Below are positions 40,587 through 53,036 of a stretch of DNA of 64,000 nt, in pieces. Position numbers and translations under genes: made by a program. The notes beneath the pieces are model-generated. The model did no database searches and had not been told where the DNA came from. It saw only the letters and a list, made by a program, of their open reading frames with translations. Within the stretch, counting starts at the first letter, position 1; every line of letters starts with the position of its first letter. Origin of the DNA: Nitrospirota bacterium (GTDB taxonomy: Bacteria > Nitrospirota > Thermodesulfovibrionia > Thermodesulfovibrionales > Dissulfurispiraceae); assembly GCA_963790025.1 (NCBI GenBank), contig CAWBMP010000002.1:416001-480000 (forward strand), given 5' to 3'.

Positions 40587-41015
40587 ATGGCCAAGAAAAA
40601 CGTAGTGGCACAGGTTAAGCTTGTGATACCTGCTGGAAAGGCGAACCCGGCACCCCCTGTCGGACCAGCGCTCGGTCCTCACGGTATCAATATTATGGAA
40701 TTCTGTAAGCAGTTCAATGCTCAGACACAGAGCATGGGTGATACACTTATCCCGGCAGTATTAAGCATTTATAATGACAGGTCATTTACGTTTGTGCTTA
40801 AAACGCCTCCGGCATCGGAACTCATCAAGAAGGCTTCGGGCATTGTGAAGGGCTCGGGTGTTCCCAACAAGGACAAGGTCGGCGCCTTGACTAATGCCCA
40901 GGTGGAAGAGATAGCAAAGACAAAATTGCCAGACCTTAATACCACATCTCTTGAGTCTGCAACAAGGACCATCAAAGGTACCGCAAGAAGCATGGGTGTG
41001 GAAATAAAGGATTAA
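40587..41015 (+). CDS. rplK: 50S ribosomal protein L11
   Basis: [19 protein letters not shown]. Confidence 0.99.
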   Translation: MAKKNVVAQVKLVIPAGKANPAPPVGPALGPHGINIMEFCKQFNAQTQSMGDTLIPAVLSIYNDRSFTFVLKTPPASELIKKASGIVKGSGVPNKDKVGALTNAQVEEIAKTKLPDLNTTSLESATRTIKGTARSMGVEIKD

Positions 41016-41029
41016 GGAGGACCATGTAA

Positions 41030-41719
41030 ATGGGCAAGAAGCTTGACAATGCAGCGAAACAGGTTGATACTATTAAAGAATATACCGTTGAGGAAGCGAT
41101 AACGCTGGTTAAGGAGAATAAAGTTACAAAGTTCGACGAGACAGTTGATATTGCGATAAACCTCGGTGTTGATGCAAAGAAGTCCGATCAGATGGTAAGA
41201 GGAACTGTTGTACTGCCGTACGGAACAGGGAAACCTGTGCGCGTGCTGGTATTTGCAAAGGGAGATAAGGAAAAAGAGGCCAGAGAGGCCGGCGCCGATT
41301 TCGTTGGAGCTGAAGATATGGTTGAAAAGATACAGAAAGGATGGCTCGATTTTGACAAGGCTGTAGCTACCCCGGACTTAATGGGACTGGTCGGCAAACT
41401 TGGCAAGCTGCTTGGACCGAGGGGGCTTATGCCAAATCCTAAACTGGGAACAGTAACGTTTGACATCGGCAAGGCGGTGAAAGAGATTAAGGCAGGCAAG
41501 GTTGAATATAAAGTCGAGAAGGCGGGCATTGTTCATGTAACGGTAGGAAAGGTTTCGTTCGACAGCGAAAAACTTCTTGACAATACGATGGCTGTTCTGA
41601 AATCTGTGATCAAAGCCAAACCTTCTGCATCCAAAGGAAAATATATAAAGAAGGTCACCATGTCTTCCACCATGGGACTCGGAATCAAAGTTGATGTTGC
41701 AGCATTAAAGGTAGGATAA
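41030..41719 (+). CDS. rplA: 50S ribosomal protein L1
   Basis: [23 protein letters not shown]. Confidence 0.99.
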   Translation: MGKKLDNAAKQVDTIKEYTVEEAITLVKENKVTKFDETVDIAINLGVDAKKSDQMVRGTVVLPYGTGKPVRVLVFAKGDKEKEAREAGADFVGAEDMVEKIQKGWLDFDKAVATPDLMGLVGKLGKLLGPRGLMPNPKLGTVTFDIGKAVKEIKAGKVEYKVEKAGIVHVTVGKVSFDSEKLLDNTMAVLKSVIKAKPSASKGKYIKKVTMSSTMGLGIKVDVAALKVG

Positions 41720-41814
41720 AAGCAGGCTTTGCCTGTAAATAAGTGTCGGTGTCAGGGTTTAGTGTCGGTCAAGGATTCCTTTACTGACGCGGACACTGTC
41801 CACTGGCACTATAA

Positions 41815-41880
41815 ATTAGAGTCAGAGACAGTAGGCAGTTATACTTTAATTGGCGTAAGGTCAGCCTACCGAGACACAGT
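41815..41880 (+). promoter_or_regulatory. L10 ribosomal leader candidate
   Basis: AGACAGTAGG...TTAAT...GCCTACCGAG upstream of rplJ, matching the usual L10-leader pattern. Confidence 0.6.
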
Positions 41881-41991
41881 AGAACAATAAGTAAGCAGTG
41901 GACAATAAAAAAGCCGGTCATTGCAATGACTCTTTTTATCATACTGCTTACTCCTTCTATTTGAGCTGGTCTCTGGGAAAGGAGGAAGCTT

Positions 41992-42513
41992 CTGATTACC
42001 AAGGAAAAGAAATCCCAACAAATTGCACAACTGACTGAAAGATTTTCACGTTCCAAGGCCGTTATTTTCACGGAATACAAGGGATTGACAGTAGCCGAGA
42101 TCGCCGAGTTACGCAGGGCGCTGAAAGAAGCCGGGGCAGAGTACAAGATTGCCAAGAATAGTCTTATAAACATAGCCGTGCAAGGGACACCTGTTGAAGC
42201 TGCAAAGAGATTTTTTGTCGGCCCGACCGGTGTTGCCTTCGGTTTTGATGATCCTGTAGCTGCTACAAAAAAAGTCCTCGAGTATTCCGAAAAGAACAAT
42301 AAACTCAAAGTCAAGAGCGGTATTGTCGAGGGAAAGCTCTTCTCGTTTGATGACCTTAAATCCCTCTCGAAGCTGCCGCCGAGAAATATTCTTCTCGGTA
42401 TGATGGCAGGCACATTCCAGGCGCCGATATCGAAACTGGCAGGCGCATTGTATGCTACTGTAGCACAATTTGCCTACGTATTAGACGCGGTAAAGAATAA
42501 AAAAAGTGATTAG
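41992..42513 (+). CDS. rplJ: 50S ribosomal protein L10 (non-canonical CTG start)
   Basis: AGGAGG-N6-CTG ATT ACC AAG; (M)ITKEKKSQQIAQL...EYKGLTV...KNSL. Confidence 0.95.
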   Translation: MITKEKKSQQIAQLTERFSRSKAVIFTEYKGLTVAEIAELRRALKEAGAEYKIAKNSLINIAVQGTPVEAAKRFFVGPTGVAFGFDDPVAATKKVLEYSEKNNKLKVKSGIVEGKLFSFDDLKSLSKLPPRNILLGMMAGTFQAPISKLAGALYATVAQFAYVLDAVKNKKSD

Positions 42514-42565
42514 CGTCAGTGGTTCGTGGCTGACACTTACACTATAAAAAAGGAGGAAGTTTTAG

Positions 42566-42949
42566 ATGGCAGTGACAAAGGATGATGTATTCGGTTTTAT
42601 TGATAATATGACTATTCTTGACATGTCCCAGTTTATCAAGGAATTTGAAGAGCGCTACGGGGTTACCGCAGCTGCCCCGGTTGCGGTTGCAGCAGCTCCC
42701 GGAGCGGCAGCAGGTGCGCCCGCGGCTGCTGAGGAAAAAACAGCCTTTGATGTTATGCTGACTGGGGTTGGCGACAAGAAAATCCAGGTTATCAAGGTCG
42801 TAAGAGAAATCACCAGTCTTGGGCTTAAAGAAGCCAAGGAACTGGTGGATAGCGCACCCAAGCCGGTTAAGACCGGCGTGTCAAAGGAAGAAGCGGAGTC
42901 AATCAAGGCTAAACTCGAGGCAGAAGGGGCTAAAGTAGAAATCAAATAA
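42566..42949 (+). CDS. rplL: 50S ribosomal protein L7/L12
   Basis: Ala-rich hinge, [20 protein letters not shown]. Confidence 0.99.
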   Translation: MAVTKDDVFGFIDNMTILDMSQFIKEFEERYGVTAAAPVAVAAAPGAAAGAPAAAEEKTAFDVMLTGVGDKKIQVIKVVREITSLGLKEAKELVDSAPKPVKTGVSKEEAESIKAKLEAEGAKVEIK

Positions 42950-43048
42950 ATAAATCAGTAGTCAGTGTGAGTGTTTAGTGTCAGTTAAGGAATTCCTTAA
43001 CTGACACTGACACTGTCACTAATCATTAACACCAATTTAAGGAGAGCT

Positions 43049-46000
43049 ATGGCCAATCTTCTGAGAGAAAGAGTAGATTTCGGAAAAGTTCCGTTGGTCC
43101 TGGAAGTCCCGTACCTTGTGGAATTCCAGAAAAGGTCATTTGAGAGGTTCCTGCAGAAGGATGTTGCACCGGAACAACTGACAGATGAAGGGCTTTATTC
43201 GGCGTTTAACAGCGTTTTCCCTATAACCGATTACAACGATACCGCATCAATAGAGTTTATTTCGTATACGCTGAGCGATTCAAAACTGACGCCCCGCGAG
43301 TGCATCCTTAAAGGCCTGAATTATGCGGCGCCGCTGAGGATCAAAGTGAGACTGAACATCTGGGAGAAAGACGATCGCGGAAACAAACGTCTGAAAGAGT
43401 CTCGCGAGCAGGAAGTTTATATAGGGGACATGCCTGTCATGACTGAAACTGGAAGCTTTATCATAAATGGAACCGAGCGGGTAATTGTCAGCCAGCTGCA
43501 TCGCTCCCCGGGCGTTTATTTTGCGCCGGACAAGGGCAAGACACATGCAAGCGGAAGACTTCTATATACAGCGCGTGCAATTCCGGCGAGGGGCTCCTGG
43601 CTGGACTTCGAGTTCGATTCAAAGGATATCCTTTATGTGAGGATCGACCGGCGCAGGAAATTGCCGGCAACGATTGTGCTGAAGGCCCTCGGTCATTCCA
43701 ATGAGGACCTTCTGCGGACATTCTATCCTGTGGAAGAGATAAAAATAAAGGGTAAGGACAATTACACACGAGTTGTCAGCGAGGTGCTTGCCGGTGTGCG
43801 GGCGAAACATAATATCATTGCCCCCAAGACCAATGAAATGATCGTAAAAGAGGCCAGCAAGATCACGAAGGCGGCACTCAAGAAAATGGAAGCTTCGGGA
43901 ATAAAAGAAATCCCTTTGGCGAACAGCGACATAATCGGCAGGGTCACACTCACCGATATTGTCGATCCCTCAACAGGTGAGATTGTTCTCGACGGAAACA
44001 AGGAAATCACGGAAGAGGTCTTCTATAAGGTCCTTACCCTCAAGATAGATACGTTGCATCTGCTTTTCATCGACAACGTAAACTACCTGCCTTCCTTCAG
44101 AGAAACTCTTCTGACAGATAAAGTGGCGAAGCAGGAAGAGGCCCTGAAAGAGATATACCGCAAACTGAGGCCGGGAGAACCCGCGACCGAAGATGCCGCA
44201 CGGGAACTCTTCAACGGTCTGTTTTTCGACCCGAAGCGGTATGACCTTTCGCCTGTAGGCAGGCTGAAAGTCAATGAGAAACTCGGTCTCGATGTGCCCC
44301 TCACCATGAGGGTCCTGACGGACAAAGACATTGTCGAGATCGTGCGCTACCTGCTCAATCTCAGAACTGGAAAAGGGGAAGTCGACGATATCGACCATTT
44401 GGGCAACAGGAGAATACGGGGCATCGGAGAACTCCTGGAAAACCATTTCAGGATAGGGCTTGTCCGCATGGAGCGGGCCATCAAGGAAAAGATGACTCTG
44501 ACCGAACTAGAAAGTGCAATGCCCCATGACCTTATCAACGCGAAACCAGTCATGGCAGCAGTAAAGGAATTTTTCGGTTCGAGCCAGTTGAGCCAGTTTA
44601 TGGACCAGACCAATCCCCTGTCGGAGATAACGCACAAAAGAAGGCTGTCCGCCCTCGGACCCGGGGGACTGACCAGAGAAAGGGCCGGCTTTGAAGTAAG
44701 AGACGTCCACCCTACACACTACGGAAGGATATGTCCAATTGAGACGCCTGAAGGCCCCAACATAGGACTGATTACGTCGCTCGCGTCATATGCAAAGATC
44801 AACGATTTTGGATTCATAGAGGCGCCTTACAGAAAAGTCGAACAGGGCCGTGTGACAAAAGAGATCGTATACTTGTCCGCAATACAAGGTGAGAATTTCA
44901 TAATTGCGGAGGCAACGTCTCACCTTGATAAGAAAGGGAACCTCGTGGGAGGGGCGGTCTCGGCAAGGGTCGGTGGTGACTTTAAAATAGTCTCCCCCGA
45001 AGAGGTCCAGTATATGGACGTTTCGCCGAAGCAGATTGTCAGCGTGTCCGCAGCACTGATTCCTTTCCTCGAAAATGACGACGCAAACAGGGCGCTTATG
45101 GGTTCTAATATGCAGCGCCAGGCCGTCCCGGTATTGAGGCCGGATGCGCCTGTTGTCGGCACAGGCATGGAACACGCCGCAGCAAAAGATTCGGGTTGGC
45201 TTGTGCTGGCAAAACGGGCCGGAATTGTCGAAAGCGTTGATTCCGCCAGGATTGTGGTGCGGGCAACAGAAGAAGGAGCAGTTGACATCCACAATCTTGT
45301 CAAATTCCATCGTTCAAACCAAGGTACCTGCATGAACCAGAAACCGATTGTCAATGTCGGGGACAAAGTTGAGCCCGGAAGTGTGTTGGCTGACGGCCCT
45401 TCAACCGAACTAGGTGAGCTTGCGCTGGGGAAAAATGTGATTGTTGCTTTCATGCCCTGGGGCGGCTACAACTTTGAGGATGCCATGCTGCTCAATGAGA
45501 GACTGGTCAAGGACGATGTATATACCTCTATACATATTGAGGAATTTGAAGCTGAAGCGCGTGATACAAAGCTAGGGCCTGAAGACATCACCAGGGACAT
45601 TCCGAATGTAGGAGAGGAGGCGCTTAAGGACCTCGACGAAAGCGGCATAATCAGAATAGGTGCAGAGGTGAAACCGGGCGATATTCTTGTCGGCAAAGTC
45701 ACGCCTAAAGGCGAAACAATGCTGACCCCAGAGGAAAAACTGCTCCGCGCCATATTCGGTGAAAAAGCTGAGGAGGTCAAGGAAAGCTGCCTCTATGTGC
45801 CTCCAGGCATAGAGGGTGTTATTGTCGATGTAAGGGTCCTTTCCAGAAAAGGAGTTGAAAAGGACAAACGGACAAAGAGCATAGAGGAGGATGACATAAA
45901 TAAGCTGCAGCGCGACCTTGAGGAGGAGATTAAGATCCTCAAGGAGGAGCGTGCAGCAAAAATAAGGAAACTATTGGTCGACCAGAAGCTTGCCGAGGAC

Positions 46001-46990
46001 TTCGTCGATCCCAGGAGCAAAGAACAGATAGGCCAGAAGGGCAAGAAGCTTACAGAAGCGCTGGCCGGCAGGATTAAGGACGACCATCTACTCAGGGTAA
46101 AGATAGATAATGCCGATGTAAGGGCCCAGATAGAGACGTTAAATACTACAAACACCCAGTACATCAAGCACCTTGAAGCCCGATACCAGGAGCGTATTGA
46201 ACGTATCAAGAAAGGAGACGAGCTGTCTCCGGGTGTCAACAAGGTCGTTAAAGTGTATATCGCAATGAAGCGAAAGATACAGGTGGGCGATAAAATGGCT
46301 GGACGCCATGGCAACAAGGGCGTTGTTTCAATGGTGCTGCCCGAAGAGGACATGCCCTATCTTCCGGACGGCACGCCGGTTGATTTCGTCCTGAACCCCC
46401 TTGGTGTTCCTTCGCGTATGAACGTTGGACAGATACTCGAAATTCATCTGGGCTGGGCTGCCAAGACGCTCGGCCTCCATGTATCGACACCTGTCTTTGA
46501 AGGGGCCAAAGAAAGCGAGATCAAGGACCTTCTTAAAAAAGCCGCGCTTCCCACTTCCGGACAGATGATTCTGCACGACGGCAGGACAGGCGAACCCTTC
46601 CAGCGGCCGGTGACAGTGGGGTGCATGTATATGCTTAAGTTGCATCATCTCGTTGCGGACAAGATACATGCCCGGTCCATCGGACCATACTCGCTCGTAA
46701 CGCAGCAGCCTCTGGGCGGAAAGGCCCAGTTCGGCGGGCAGAGGCTCGGTGAAATGGAAGTGTGGGCGCTTGAGGCTTACGGCGCCGCTCATACACTGCA
46801 GGAATTCCTGACAGTGAAGAGCGATGACATCAGCGGAAGGTCGCGCATGTACGAGGCGATTGTGAAAGGTGATCCGATACTGGAACCAGGGATACCTGAG
46901 TCTTTCCACGTATTAATAAAAGAGCTCCAGAGTCTTGGACTTGATGTTGAACTCCTGGAGAAAAAGAAAAAAAGGGAGGAATTAGGTTGA
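43049..46990 (+). CDS. rpoB: RNA polymerase beta subunit
   Basis: [42 protein letters not shown]. Confidence 0.99.
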   Translation: MANLLRERVDFGKVPLVLEVPYLVEFQKRSFERFLQKDVAPEQLTDEGLYSAFNSVFPITDYNDTASIEFISYTLSDSKLTPRECILKGLNYAAPLRIKVRLNIWEKDDRGNKRLKESREQEVYIGDMPVMTETGSFIINGTERVIVSQLHRSPGVYFAPDKGKTHASGRLLYTARAIPARGSWLDFEFDSKDILYVRIDRRRKLPATIVLKALGHSNEDLLRTFYPVEEIKIKGKDNYTRVVSEVLAGVRAKHNIIAPKTNEMIVKEASKITKAALKKMEASGIKEIPLANSDIIGRVTLTDIVDPSTGEIVLDGNKEITEEVFYKVLTLKIDTLHLLFIDNVNYLPSFRETLLTDKVAKQEEALKEIYRKLRPGEPATEDAARELFNGLFFDPKRYDLSPVGRLKVNEKLGLDVPLTMRVLTDKDIVEIVRYLLNLRTGKGEVDDIDHLGNRRIRGIGELLENHFRIGLVRMERAIKEKMTLTELESAMPHDLINAKPVMAAVKEFFGSSQLSQFMDQTNPLSEITHKRRLSALGPGGLTRERAGFEVRDVHPTHYGRICPIETPEGPNIGLITSLASYAKINDFGFIEAPYRKVEQGRVTKEIVYLSAIQGENFIIAEATSHLDKKGNLVGGAVSARVGGDFKIVSPEEVQYMDVSPKQIVSVSAALIPFLENDDANRALMGSNMQRQAVPVLRPDAPVVGTGMEHAAAKDSGWLVLAKRAGIVESVDSARIVVRATEEGAVDIHNLVKFHRSNQGTCMNQKPIVNVGDKVEPGSVLADGPSTELGELALGKNVIVAFMPWGGYNFEDAMLLNERLVKDDVYTSIHIEEFEAEARDTKLGPEDITRDIPNVGEEALKDLDESGIIRIGAEVKPGDILVGKVTPKGETMLTPEEKLLRAIFGEKAEEVKESCLYVPPGIEGVIVDVRVLSRKGVEKDKRTKSIEEDDINKLQRDLEEEIKILKEERAAKIRKLLVDQKLAEDFVDPRSKEQIGQKGKKLTEALAGRIKDDHLLRVKIDNADVRAQIETLNTTNTQYIKHLEARYQERIERIKKGDELSPGVNKVVKVYIAMKRKIQVGDKMAGRHGNKGVVSMVLPEEDMPYLPDGTPVDFVLNPLGVPSRMNVGQILEIHLGWAAKTLGLHVSTPVFEGAKESEIKDLLKKAALPTSGQMILHDGRTGEPFQRPVTVGCMYMLKLHHLVADKIHARSIGPYSLVTQQPLGGKAQFGGQRLGEMEVWALEAYGAAHTLQEFLTVKSDDISGRSRMYEAIVKGDPILEPGIPESFHVLIKELQSLGLDVELLEKKKKREELG

Positions 46991-49900
46991 TAGAAGATAT
47001 TTATGCCCTTTTCCAAAAACCGAAGAATCCTAAAGACTTCGATGCAATAAGGATAAAGCTTGCATCTCCCGAGAAGATCAGGGAATGGTCCTATGGAGAA
47101 GTAAAGAAGCCTGAAACCATTAATTATCGCACCTTCAAACCGGAACGCGACGGGCTTTTCTGCGCGAAGATATTCGGCCCTGTAAAAGACTGGGAATGCC
47201 TCTGCGGAAAGTACAAAAGGATGAAACATCGCGGTGTGATTTGCGACAAGTGCGGAGTAGAAGTTATCCAGTCCAAAGTAAGAAGGGAGCGCATGGGGCA
47301 CATAGAGCTGGCTACCCCGGTTGCCCATGTTTGGCTGCTCAGGGGAGTGCCGAGCAGGATCGGCACGCTCCTCGATATGACCATACGGCAGCTAGAAAAG
47401 GTGCTTTATTTTGAAGAATACATTGTTATCGATGCCGGAGATACCCCGTTAAGAGAAAAAGAACTGCTAAGCGAGGATGAGCACAAAAAGAAGCTTTCCG
47501 AATTCGGCAACAGGTTCAAGGCCGGAATGGGGGCCGATGCCATCCGTGAGCTTTTGCGGAAGGTTGATCTTAAAACATTGGCGGTAGAGTTGAAAGAGAA
47601 GATCGATTCAGTATCGTCTCTCGGCGTGAAAAGAAAGCTTTCCAAAAGAATAAAGACAGTGGAAGCTTTCCTGAGATCGGAGAACAAGCCGGATTGGATG
47701 ATCCTCGATATCGTGCCGGTGCTGCCCCCTGATCTTAGGCCTCTTGTTCCTCTGGACGGCGGCCGTTTCGCCACTTCAGACCTCAATGATCTGTACCGGA
47801 GAGTCATCAACAGGAACAACAGGCTTAAAAGGCTCATGGAACTGAAGGCCCCAAGTGTCATCATAAAGAATGAAAAAAGAATGCTCCAGGAGTCCGTGGA
47901 TGCGCTGTTTGATAACAGCAAGCGGGCCAAGGTATTGAAGGCAGGCGGCAAGCGCGCCCTTAAATCACTGAGTGATATGATCAAGGGTAAACAGGGCCGT
48001 TTCAGACAGAACCTGCTCGGGAAGAGGGTCGACTATTCCGGCCGTTCGGTCATTGTAGTCGGTCCTGATCTCAAGATGAACCAATGCGGTCTTCCCAAAC
48101 GCATGGCGCTTGAGCTTTTCAAACCCTTTGTGTTCAATAAGCTGGAAGAGAAAGGCTATGCGACAACGATAAAGCAGGCAAAGAGGCTTGTCGAGAATGA
48201 ACGGCCGGAAGTATGGGATGCCCTTGAGGACGTAATCAGTGAACACCCCGTACTCCTGAACCGCGCGCCTACATTGCACCGCCTCGGAATTCAGGCCTTT
48301 GATCCGGTGCTGGTCGAAGGAAAAGCAATCAAGTTGCATCCCCTCGTCTGCACGGCATTCAATGCCGACTTTGACGGTGACCAGATGGCAGTGCACGTCC
48401 CCTTGTCAGTTGAAGCTCAAATAGAGGCGCGGATATTGATGCTCTCTGTAAATAACCTGCTGTCTCCGGCCAACGGGAAGCCTGTTGTAGTGCCTACCCA
48501 GGACATGGTACTGGGCCTCTATTATCTGACAAAGCAGAGAAAAGGCGCCCGCGGTGAAGGTAAGATTTTTGCCGACACCGAGGATGTCCTAATGACCTAC
48601 GATTCCGGGTTCGTCGACGAGCATGCTGCTGTCAAGGTCAGAATGAACGGCGGCGTTGTCGAAACAACGGTAGGAAGGATTATATTCGGCGAAATACTTC
48701 CCAAGAACATTCCATTTGAAGCAATCAACAAGGAACTGACAAAGAAGGAATTGGGCAAGCTGATCGAGTACATTCATAAGGTATCGGGAAAACGGGAAAC
48801 CGTTGTGTTCCTGAACGAACTCGAGCGTTTGGGATTCAAATATGCGACATATTCCGGCATCTCCATCTGTATCGATGATATGCATGTACCCTCTAAAAAG
48901 GCTGCGCTTATCCGGGAAGCGGAAAATGAAGTTATGGAGGTCCAGCGACAGTATGCCGACGGTCTGATTACCCAGGGTGAACGTTACAACAAAGTCATCG
49001 ATATCTGGGCGAACGTGACTGAGAAGATTGCCGATGAGATGATGAAGGAACTGGGCGCTGAAGAGGGCAAGTCGCTCTCCGAAGAGGAGATAAGAGAGAG
49101 CCGTTCCTTTAACAGCATATTTATGATGGCAGACTCCGGCGCAAGAGGCAGCGCGGCCCAGATACGGCAGCTTGCCGGTATGAGAGGCCTGATGGCAAAA
49201 CCTTCTGGAGAAATTATCGAGACCCCGATTACCGCCAACTTCAGGGAAGGCCTTACACCTCTGCAGTATTTTATCTCGACGCATGGCGCGCGTAAGGGCC
49301 TTGCCGATACTGCTTTGAAAACCGCTAATGCGGGATACCTCACCAGGCGGCTTGTCGATGTAGCCCAGGACGTTATCCTGATAGAGGAAGATTGCGGTAC
49401 GAGGGAAGGCATTACAGTCATACCGCTTATAGAGGGAGGAGAGATCATCCAGTCCCTCGAGGAACGTATTTTCGGAAGAACGCTTGCCGAGACACTCAAA
49501 GACCCGGTGACCAATGACATTATTGCGAATAGAAATGTGGAAATAGACGACGAGTTGGCAAAGAGGATCGTTGATGCCGGCGTCGACCGGGTGAAGATAC
49601 GTTCGGTTCTCACCTGCCATTCAAAGATCGGCGTATGTGGCAAGTGCTACGGGAGAGACCTTGCAAGAGGCGGCAAGATCGAGATTGGTGAGGCGATAGG
49701 CATCATAGCCGCACAATCCATCGGCGAACCCGGCACGCAGCTCACCATGAGGACCTTCCATATCGGTGGAGCAGCAACAAAGGTTATTGAACAAGCTACG
49801 CTGGCGCCGAAGAATTCGGGGTTTGTAAAATTCATCGATGTAAGCGCGGTTAAAAACAAGGAAGGCATTCAAATCGTGCTCAACCGCAATGCCACGATAG

Positions 49901-51096
49901 CCATTGTCGATAAGACCGGACGGGAAAAGGAAAAATACAATCTTGTTTACGGCGCGAGGATATTTGTGGAAGACGGGCAGAAGGTTGAGTCCAGCCAGCG
50001 ACTGGTCGAATGGGACCCTTACTCTACTCCGATCCTGACTGAAATCGGCGGCAGGATAGCACTCGGCGACATCGTTGAAGGCGTGACCTTTAAGGAAGAA
50101 GTGGACGAAACCACCGGTCTGGCCCATAAGGTCGTCATAGACTATCCCGCTCATATGAGACCAAGGATTTCGATAAAAGATGAACACGGTAAGACCGTCA
50201 AGAGCCCCGGTACCAGCAACCCTGCACGGTATCAGCTGCCCGCGGGCGCTCACATGCTGGTGGAAAGAGGAGATCTCATGGCGCCTGGAGATATCCTTGC
50301 CAAGATTCCGAGAGAAACAACAAAAACAAAAGACATCACTGGCGGTCTCCCGCGAGTTGCTGAGCTTTTCGAGGCACGGAAGCCCAAAGAGCAGACGATC
50401 GTCAGTGAAATCGACGGTATTGTCGAGTTCAGGGGCGCGCATAAAGGCATGAGGGTTGTGCTGGTTAAAGGCGGCAGCGAGTCAAGAGAATACCTGATCC
50501 CAAAGGGCAAGCACGTTACTGTCCATGAGGGTGACTGGGTCAAGGCAGGAGAGCCGCTGATGGATGGAGCTGTAAATCCCCACAGCATACTCGACATTCT
50601 CGGTCCCAAGGAACTGCAGAGTTATCTTGTTGACGAAGTTCAAAAGGTATATCGCCTCCAGGGCGTCTCGATCAATGATAAACATATTGAAGTGATTGTA
50701 CGCCAGATGATGAGGAAGATAAGGATCGAAGAACCTGGTGACACGATATTTCTTATTGGTGATGAAGTCGATAGAATGGTATTCGCGGAAGAGAATGAGC
50801 GTGTTAGAGGTGATGGTGGCAGACCTGCCCAGGGCAGGCCGCTGCTTCTCGGTATCACTAAAGCCTCCCTTTCAACGGAAAGCTGGGTATCGGCTGCATC
50901 GTTCCAGGAGACTACAAGGGTCTTGACTGAAGCGGCCCTGAGCGGGCTCGTGGATGAGCTTCGAGGGCTCAAGGAAAACGTCATTATGGGAAGGGTCATC
51001 CCTGCAGGTTCCGGAATGCAGGTATACAGGGACACCTTCATCAAAGGCGATTTCTATTCCATGCAGCTTGAACACGAAGAGGCTGAAGTAGAATAA
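46987..51096 (+). CDS. rpoC: RNA polymerase beta' subunit
   Basis: [13 protein letters not shown]-terminal Zn finger, TQLTMRTFH. Confidence 0.99.
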   Translation: MIEDIYALFQKPKNPKDFDAIRIKLASPEKIREWSYGEVKKPETINYRTFKPERDGLFCAKIFGPVKDWECLCGKYKRMKHRGVICDKCGVEVIQSKVRRERMGHIELATPVAHVWLLRGVPSRIGTLLDMTIRQLEKVLYFEEYIVIDAGDTPLREKELLSEDEHKKKLSEFGNRFKAGMGADAIRELLRKVDLKTLAVELKEKIDSVSSLGVKRKLSKRIKTVEAFLRSENKPDWMILDIVPVLPPDLRPLVPLDGGRFATSDLNDLYRRVINRNNRLKRLMELKAPSVIIKNEKRMLQESVDALFDNSKRAKVLKAGGKRALKSLSDMIKGKQGRFRQNLLGKRVDYSGRSVIVVGPDLKMNQCGLPKRMALELFKPFVFNKLEEKGYATTIKQAKRLVENERPEVWDALEDVISEHPVLLNRAPTLHRLGIQAFDPVLVEGKAIKLHPLVCTAFNADFDGDQMAVHVPLSVEAQIEARILMLSVNNLLSPANGKPVVVPTQDMVLGLYYLTKQRKGARGEGKIFADTEDVLMTYDSGFVDEHAAVKVRMNGGVVETTVGRIIFGEILPKNIPFEAINKELTKKELGKLIEYIHKVSGKRETVVFLNELERLGFKYATYSGISICIDDMHVPSKKAALIREAENEVMEVQRQYADGLITQGERYNKVIDIWANVTEKIADEMMKELGAEEGKSLSEEEIRESRSFNSIFMMADSGARGSAAQIRQLAGMRGLMAKPSGEIIETPITANFREGLTPLQYFISTHGARKGLADTALKTANAGYLTRRLVDVAQDVILIEEDCGTREGITVIPLIEGGEIIQSLEERIFGRTLAETLKDPVTNDIIANRNVEIDDELAKRIVDAGVDRVKIRSVLTCHSKIGVCGKCYGRDLARGGKIEIGEAIGIIAAQSIGEPGTQLTMRTFHIGGAATKVIEQATLAPKNSGFVKFIDVSAVKNKEGIQIVLNRNATIAIVDKTGREKEKYNLVYGARIFVEDGQKVESSQRLVEWDPYSTPILTEIGGRIALGDIVEGVTFKEEVDETTGLAHKVVIDYPAHMRPRISIKDEHGKTVKSPGTSNPARYQLPAGAHMLVERGDLMAPGDILAKIPRETTKTKDITGGLPRVAELFEARKPKEQTIVSEIDGIVEFRGAHKGMRVVLVKGGSESREYLIPKGKHVTVHEGDWVKAGEPLMDGAVNPHSILDILGPKELQSYLVDEVQKVYRLQGVSINDKHIEVIVRQMMRKIRIEEPGDTIFLIGDEVDRMVFAEENERVRGDGGRPAQGRPLLLGITKASLSTESWVSAASFQETTRVLTEAALSGLVDELRGLKENVIMGRVIPAGSGMQVYRDTFIKGDFYSMQLEHEEAEVE

Positions 51097-51191
51097 GTCA
51101 GGTAGAGGTAGAGGTAGAGGTGAAGTAAAGTCCTCGTGCTCGTTGTATTAGTTTTTGTCTTTATCTTTACCTTTACCTTTACCTTTCATTT

Positions 51192-51677
51192 ATGGATTCT
51201 CCCCGTTTTATCTGTGATGTAATGCTCGGAAGCCTTGCCAGGTGGCTCAGGCTTTTCGGTTTCGACACGGCATATTTCAGGTCGATCGATGACAACGAGC
51301 TTATCCGCTGCGCCCTGCAACAAGAGAGGATCCTTTTAACCAGAGATACCGGCATCGCAAAACGGAAAAGTATCAAGAAATTCATTCTTTTACTCTCCAA
51401 CGACACCTTCGCACAGTTAAAAGAAGTATTGAAGGCAGGCGAATGGCTAAAGGCGAAAGGCGAAAGGTCCCCACGATGCGCTGTATGCAACGGTGAACTT
51501 GCCGCAGCGGAAAGGGAAGCCGTTGCCGGCCGTATCCCGGAATACGTCTTTCTGAACGCAACGTCTTTTTTAACCTGCCGTGAATGCGGAAAGGTTTACT
51601 GGCGCGGTTCACACAAGAAATCCATCGATGCTCAGTTGCAAAAAATATTAGGAGAGATCATCACTCAAAAACCGTAA
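51192..51677 (+). CDS. Mut7-C RNase-like (PIN plus Zn ribbon) protein
   Basis: CDVMLGSLARWLRLFGFD, LLTRD, RCAVCN, CRECGKVYWRGSH. Confidence 0.92.
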   Translation: MDSPRFICDVMLGSLARWLRLFGFDTAYFRSIDDNELIRCALQQERILLTRDTGIAKRKSIKKFILLLSNDTFAQLKEVLKAGEWLKAKGERSPRCAVCNGELAAAEREAVAGRIPEYVFLNATSFLTCRECGKVYWRGSHKKSIDAQLQKILGEIITQKP

Positions 51678-51918
51678 TTAAGCCCTGTCACTCTACCTTA
51701 GCTTTCTAAGCTGCCACTTCCCTGCAAGGTACATGTCTTGCCAGCCTGTATAGACCTGACCTTTGACTCCCGATCCTTTGAGAACTCTTAGCGTACGATT
51801 TTTTCGTTTCGTGAGGTGCCCTCATATAGCGCTCGGGGTCCCAGATGTAACCATAATGTAAAGCTGGTGTAACCGTAATGCAACTTTCTTCGTCTATTCT
51901 TGAATCAGGAGGACAGAG

Positions 51919-51997
51919 TTCAGACAAAGACAAACCCTTTGCGAAGAGGGGACGGAAGCTGCGGATCTTGAAGGAAGATGGCCGGAGCTGCCGAAAA
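51919..51997 (+). ncRNA. c-di-GMP-I (GEMM-I) riboswitch
   Basis: AAACC-CTTT-GCGA-AGAG-GGGACGGAAGC...GGATCT...AGATGGCCGG.GCTGCCGAA in a 5' UTR. Confidence 0.75.
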
Positions 51998-52085
51998 CAA
52001 ACGGTTGATTCGGCCGTTTGATTTTAACGCAACACATAATGATTTGCTGCATGATGGCAGTAAATCTGAATATGGAGGTAATGCC

Positions 52086-52463
52086 ATGAAAAAAATATAC
52101 ACTATAGCGATTGCCGTGTTTTTAGTATTGTCACTCATAAGTTTCGCTGTTGCCAAAGAAGAGGCGGGCAACTATTGGGGAGAAGTAGCATCGATTGACT
52201 ACCATGCAAAAACTGTGAGTATAAAGGCGTTTTCTCCACTCGTATCGCCTGACGTGACCGGTGGCAGAACCGGAATCACATTCGGAATGGATGAGTCAAC
52301 CGATGTGATCAAGTGCCATACGAGTAAGGATTTAAAGAACATCAAAGTCGGTGACGCGGTCCAAATACGGTATCATGAAAAAAACGAAAAGTATATTGCT
52401 GAATCCATTGCCGTAAGCACGCCGCTCACAGCTTGCAGCGCAACGGAAAAAGCGGGCAATTGA
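52086..52463 (+). CDS. Small secreted OB-fold-like hypothetical protein
   Basis: GGAGG RBS; signal peptide; GEVASID...TVSI, LKNIKVGDAVQIRY. Confidence 0.85.
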   Translation: MKKIYTIAIAVFLVLSLISFAVAKEEAGNYWGEVASIDYHAKTVSIKAFSPLVSPDVTGGRTGITFGMDESTDVIKCHTSKDLKNIKVGDAVQIRYHEKNEKYIAESIAVSTPLTACSATEKAGN

Positions 52464-52475
52464 TGTGTTTGTTTT

Positions 52476-52552
52476 AGCGAGCAGGCTGAGGGGTCACCCC
52501 CTCATGCCTCTCGCACCACCCGGCATAAGGTCCACGTACACTGGCGGTCCCC
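52476..52552 (-). mobile_element. Group II (class C-like) intron remnant, domains V-VI
   Basis: Minus strand GGACCGCCAGTGTACGTGGACCTTATGCCGGGTGGTGCGAGAGG-CATGAGGGGGTGACCCCTCAGCCTGCTCGCT. Confidence 0.75.
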
Positions 52553-52582
52553 AAAGTTAATCTGAATTTATACTGCAGCTTT

Positions 52583-52789
52583 CTAAGCTGCCACTTCCTT
52601 ATCTTTTACAACGCTCTCTAATGAATCAAGTATAAAGTCTTTTGCATCAAGAATTTCAAGCAGAACAGGCTCTCCATCCTTGGAAAAATGGATAATAAAT
52701 TGTCCTTCCTCTTCTGCATAGTCAATGGGCCTGTCGGAGAATTCTATAAGGAGTGCATCAACATCCTTGCTGTATTTAATTTTTCTCAT
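52583..52789 (-). CDS. DUF2283-family protein (putative antitoxin)
   Basis: KIKYSKDVDALLI, DGEPVLLEILDA. Confidence 0.85.
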   Translation of the reverse strand: MRKIKYSKDVDALLIEFSDRPIDYAEEEGQFIIHFSKDGEPVLLEILDAKDFILDSLESVVKDKEVAA

Positions 52790-53036
52790 ATCTATTCCTC
52801 CGTCCGGGATACATGGTTATAACAAGTATTTCGTCTCCTTTATCCTCGCAAACGACACGTAGAACATGGGACTCATTTATGCGTTTTTGAGCTATTCTTC
52901 GTCCTTTATAGCCTGTGTCTGTCCTGTCTGGAAACGTTACGACGTCCTCTATGAAGACTTCTGTTAGTGCTATTCCATGCTTCTTCAAAACTTCGATCTT
53001 TATTTGTGCATGGATCGAGAATTTTATCACTTTCAT
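52776..53036 (-). CDS. DUF4258-family protein (RelE-like putative toxin)
   Basis: FSIHA, LRVV, ILVITMYP; overlaps the DUF2283 gene. Confidence 0.8.
   Translation of the reverse strand: MKVIKFSIHAQIKIEVLKKHGIALTEVFIEDVVTFPDRTDTGYKGRRIAQKRINESHVLRVVCEDKGDEILVITMYPGRRNRYEKN

Larger units (their letters stand above)
51700..52598. repeat. 22-bp direct repeat pair (51700-51721 and 52577-52598)
   Basis: AGCTTTCTAAGCTGCCACTTCC, exact in both copies. Confidence 0.85.

Noticed and set aside
51706..51933. 75-aa minus-strand ORF ending EVAA
   Set aside because: No recognisable family in any frame; probably a remnant. Only the 22-bp repeat is reported.
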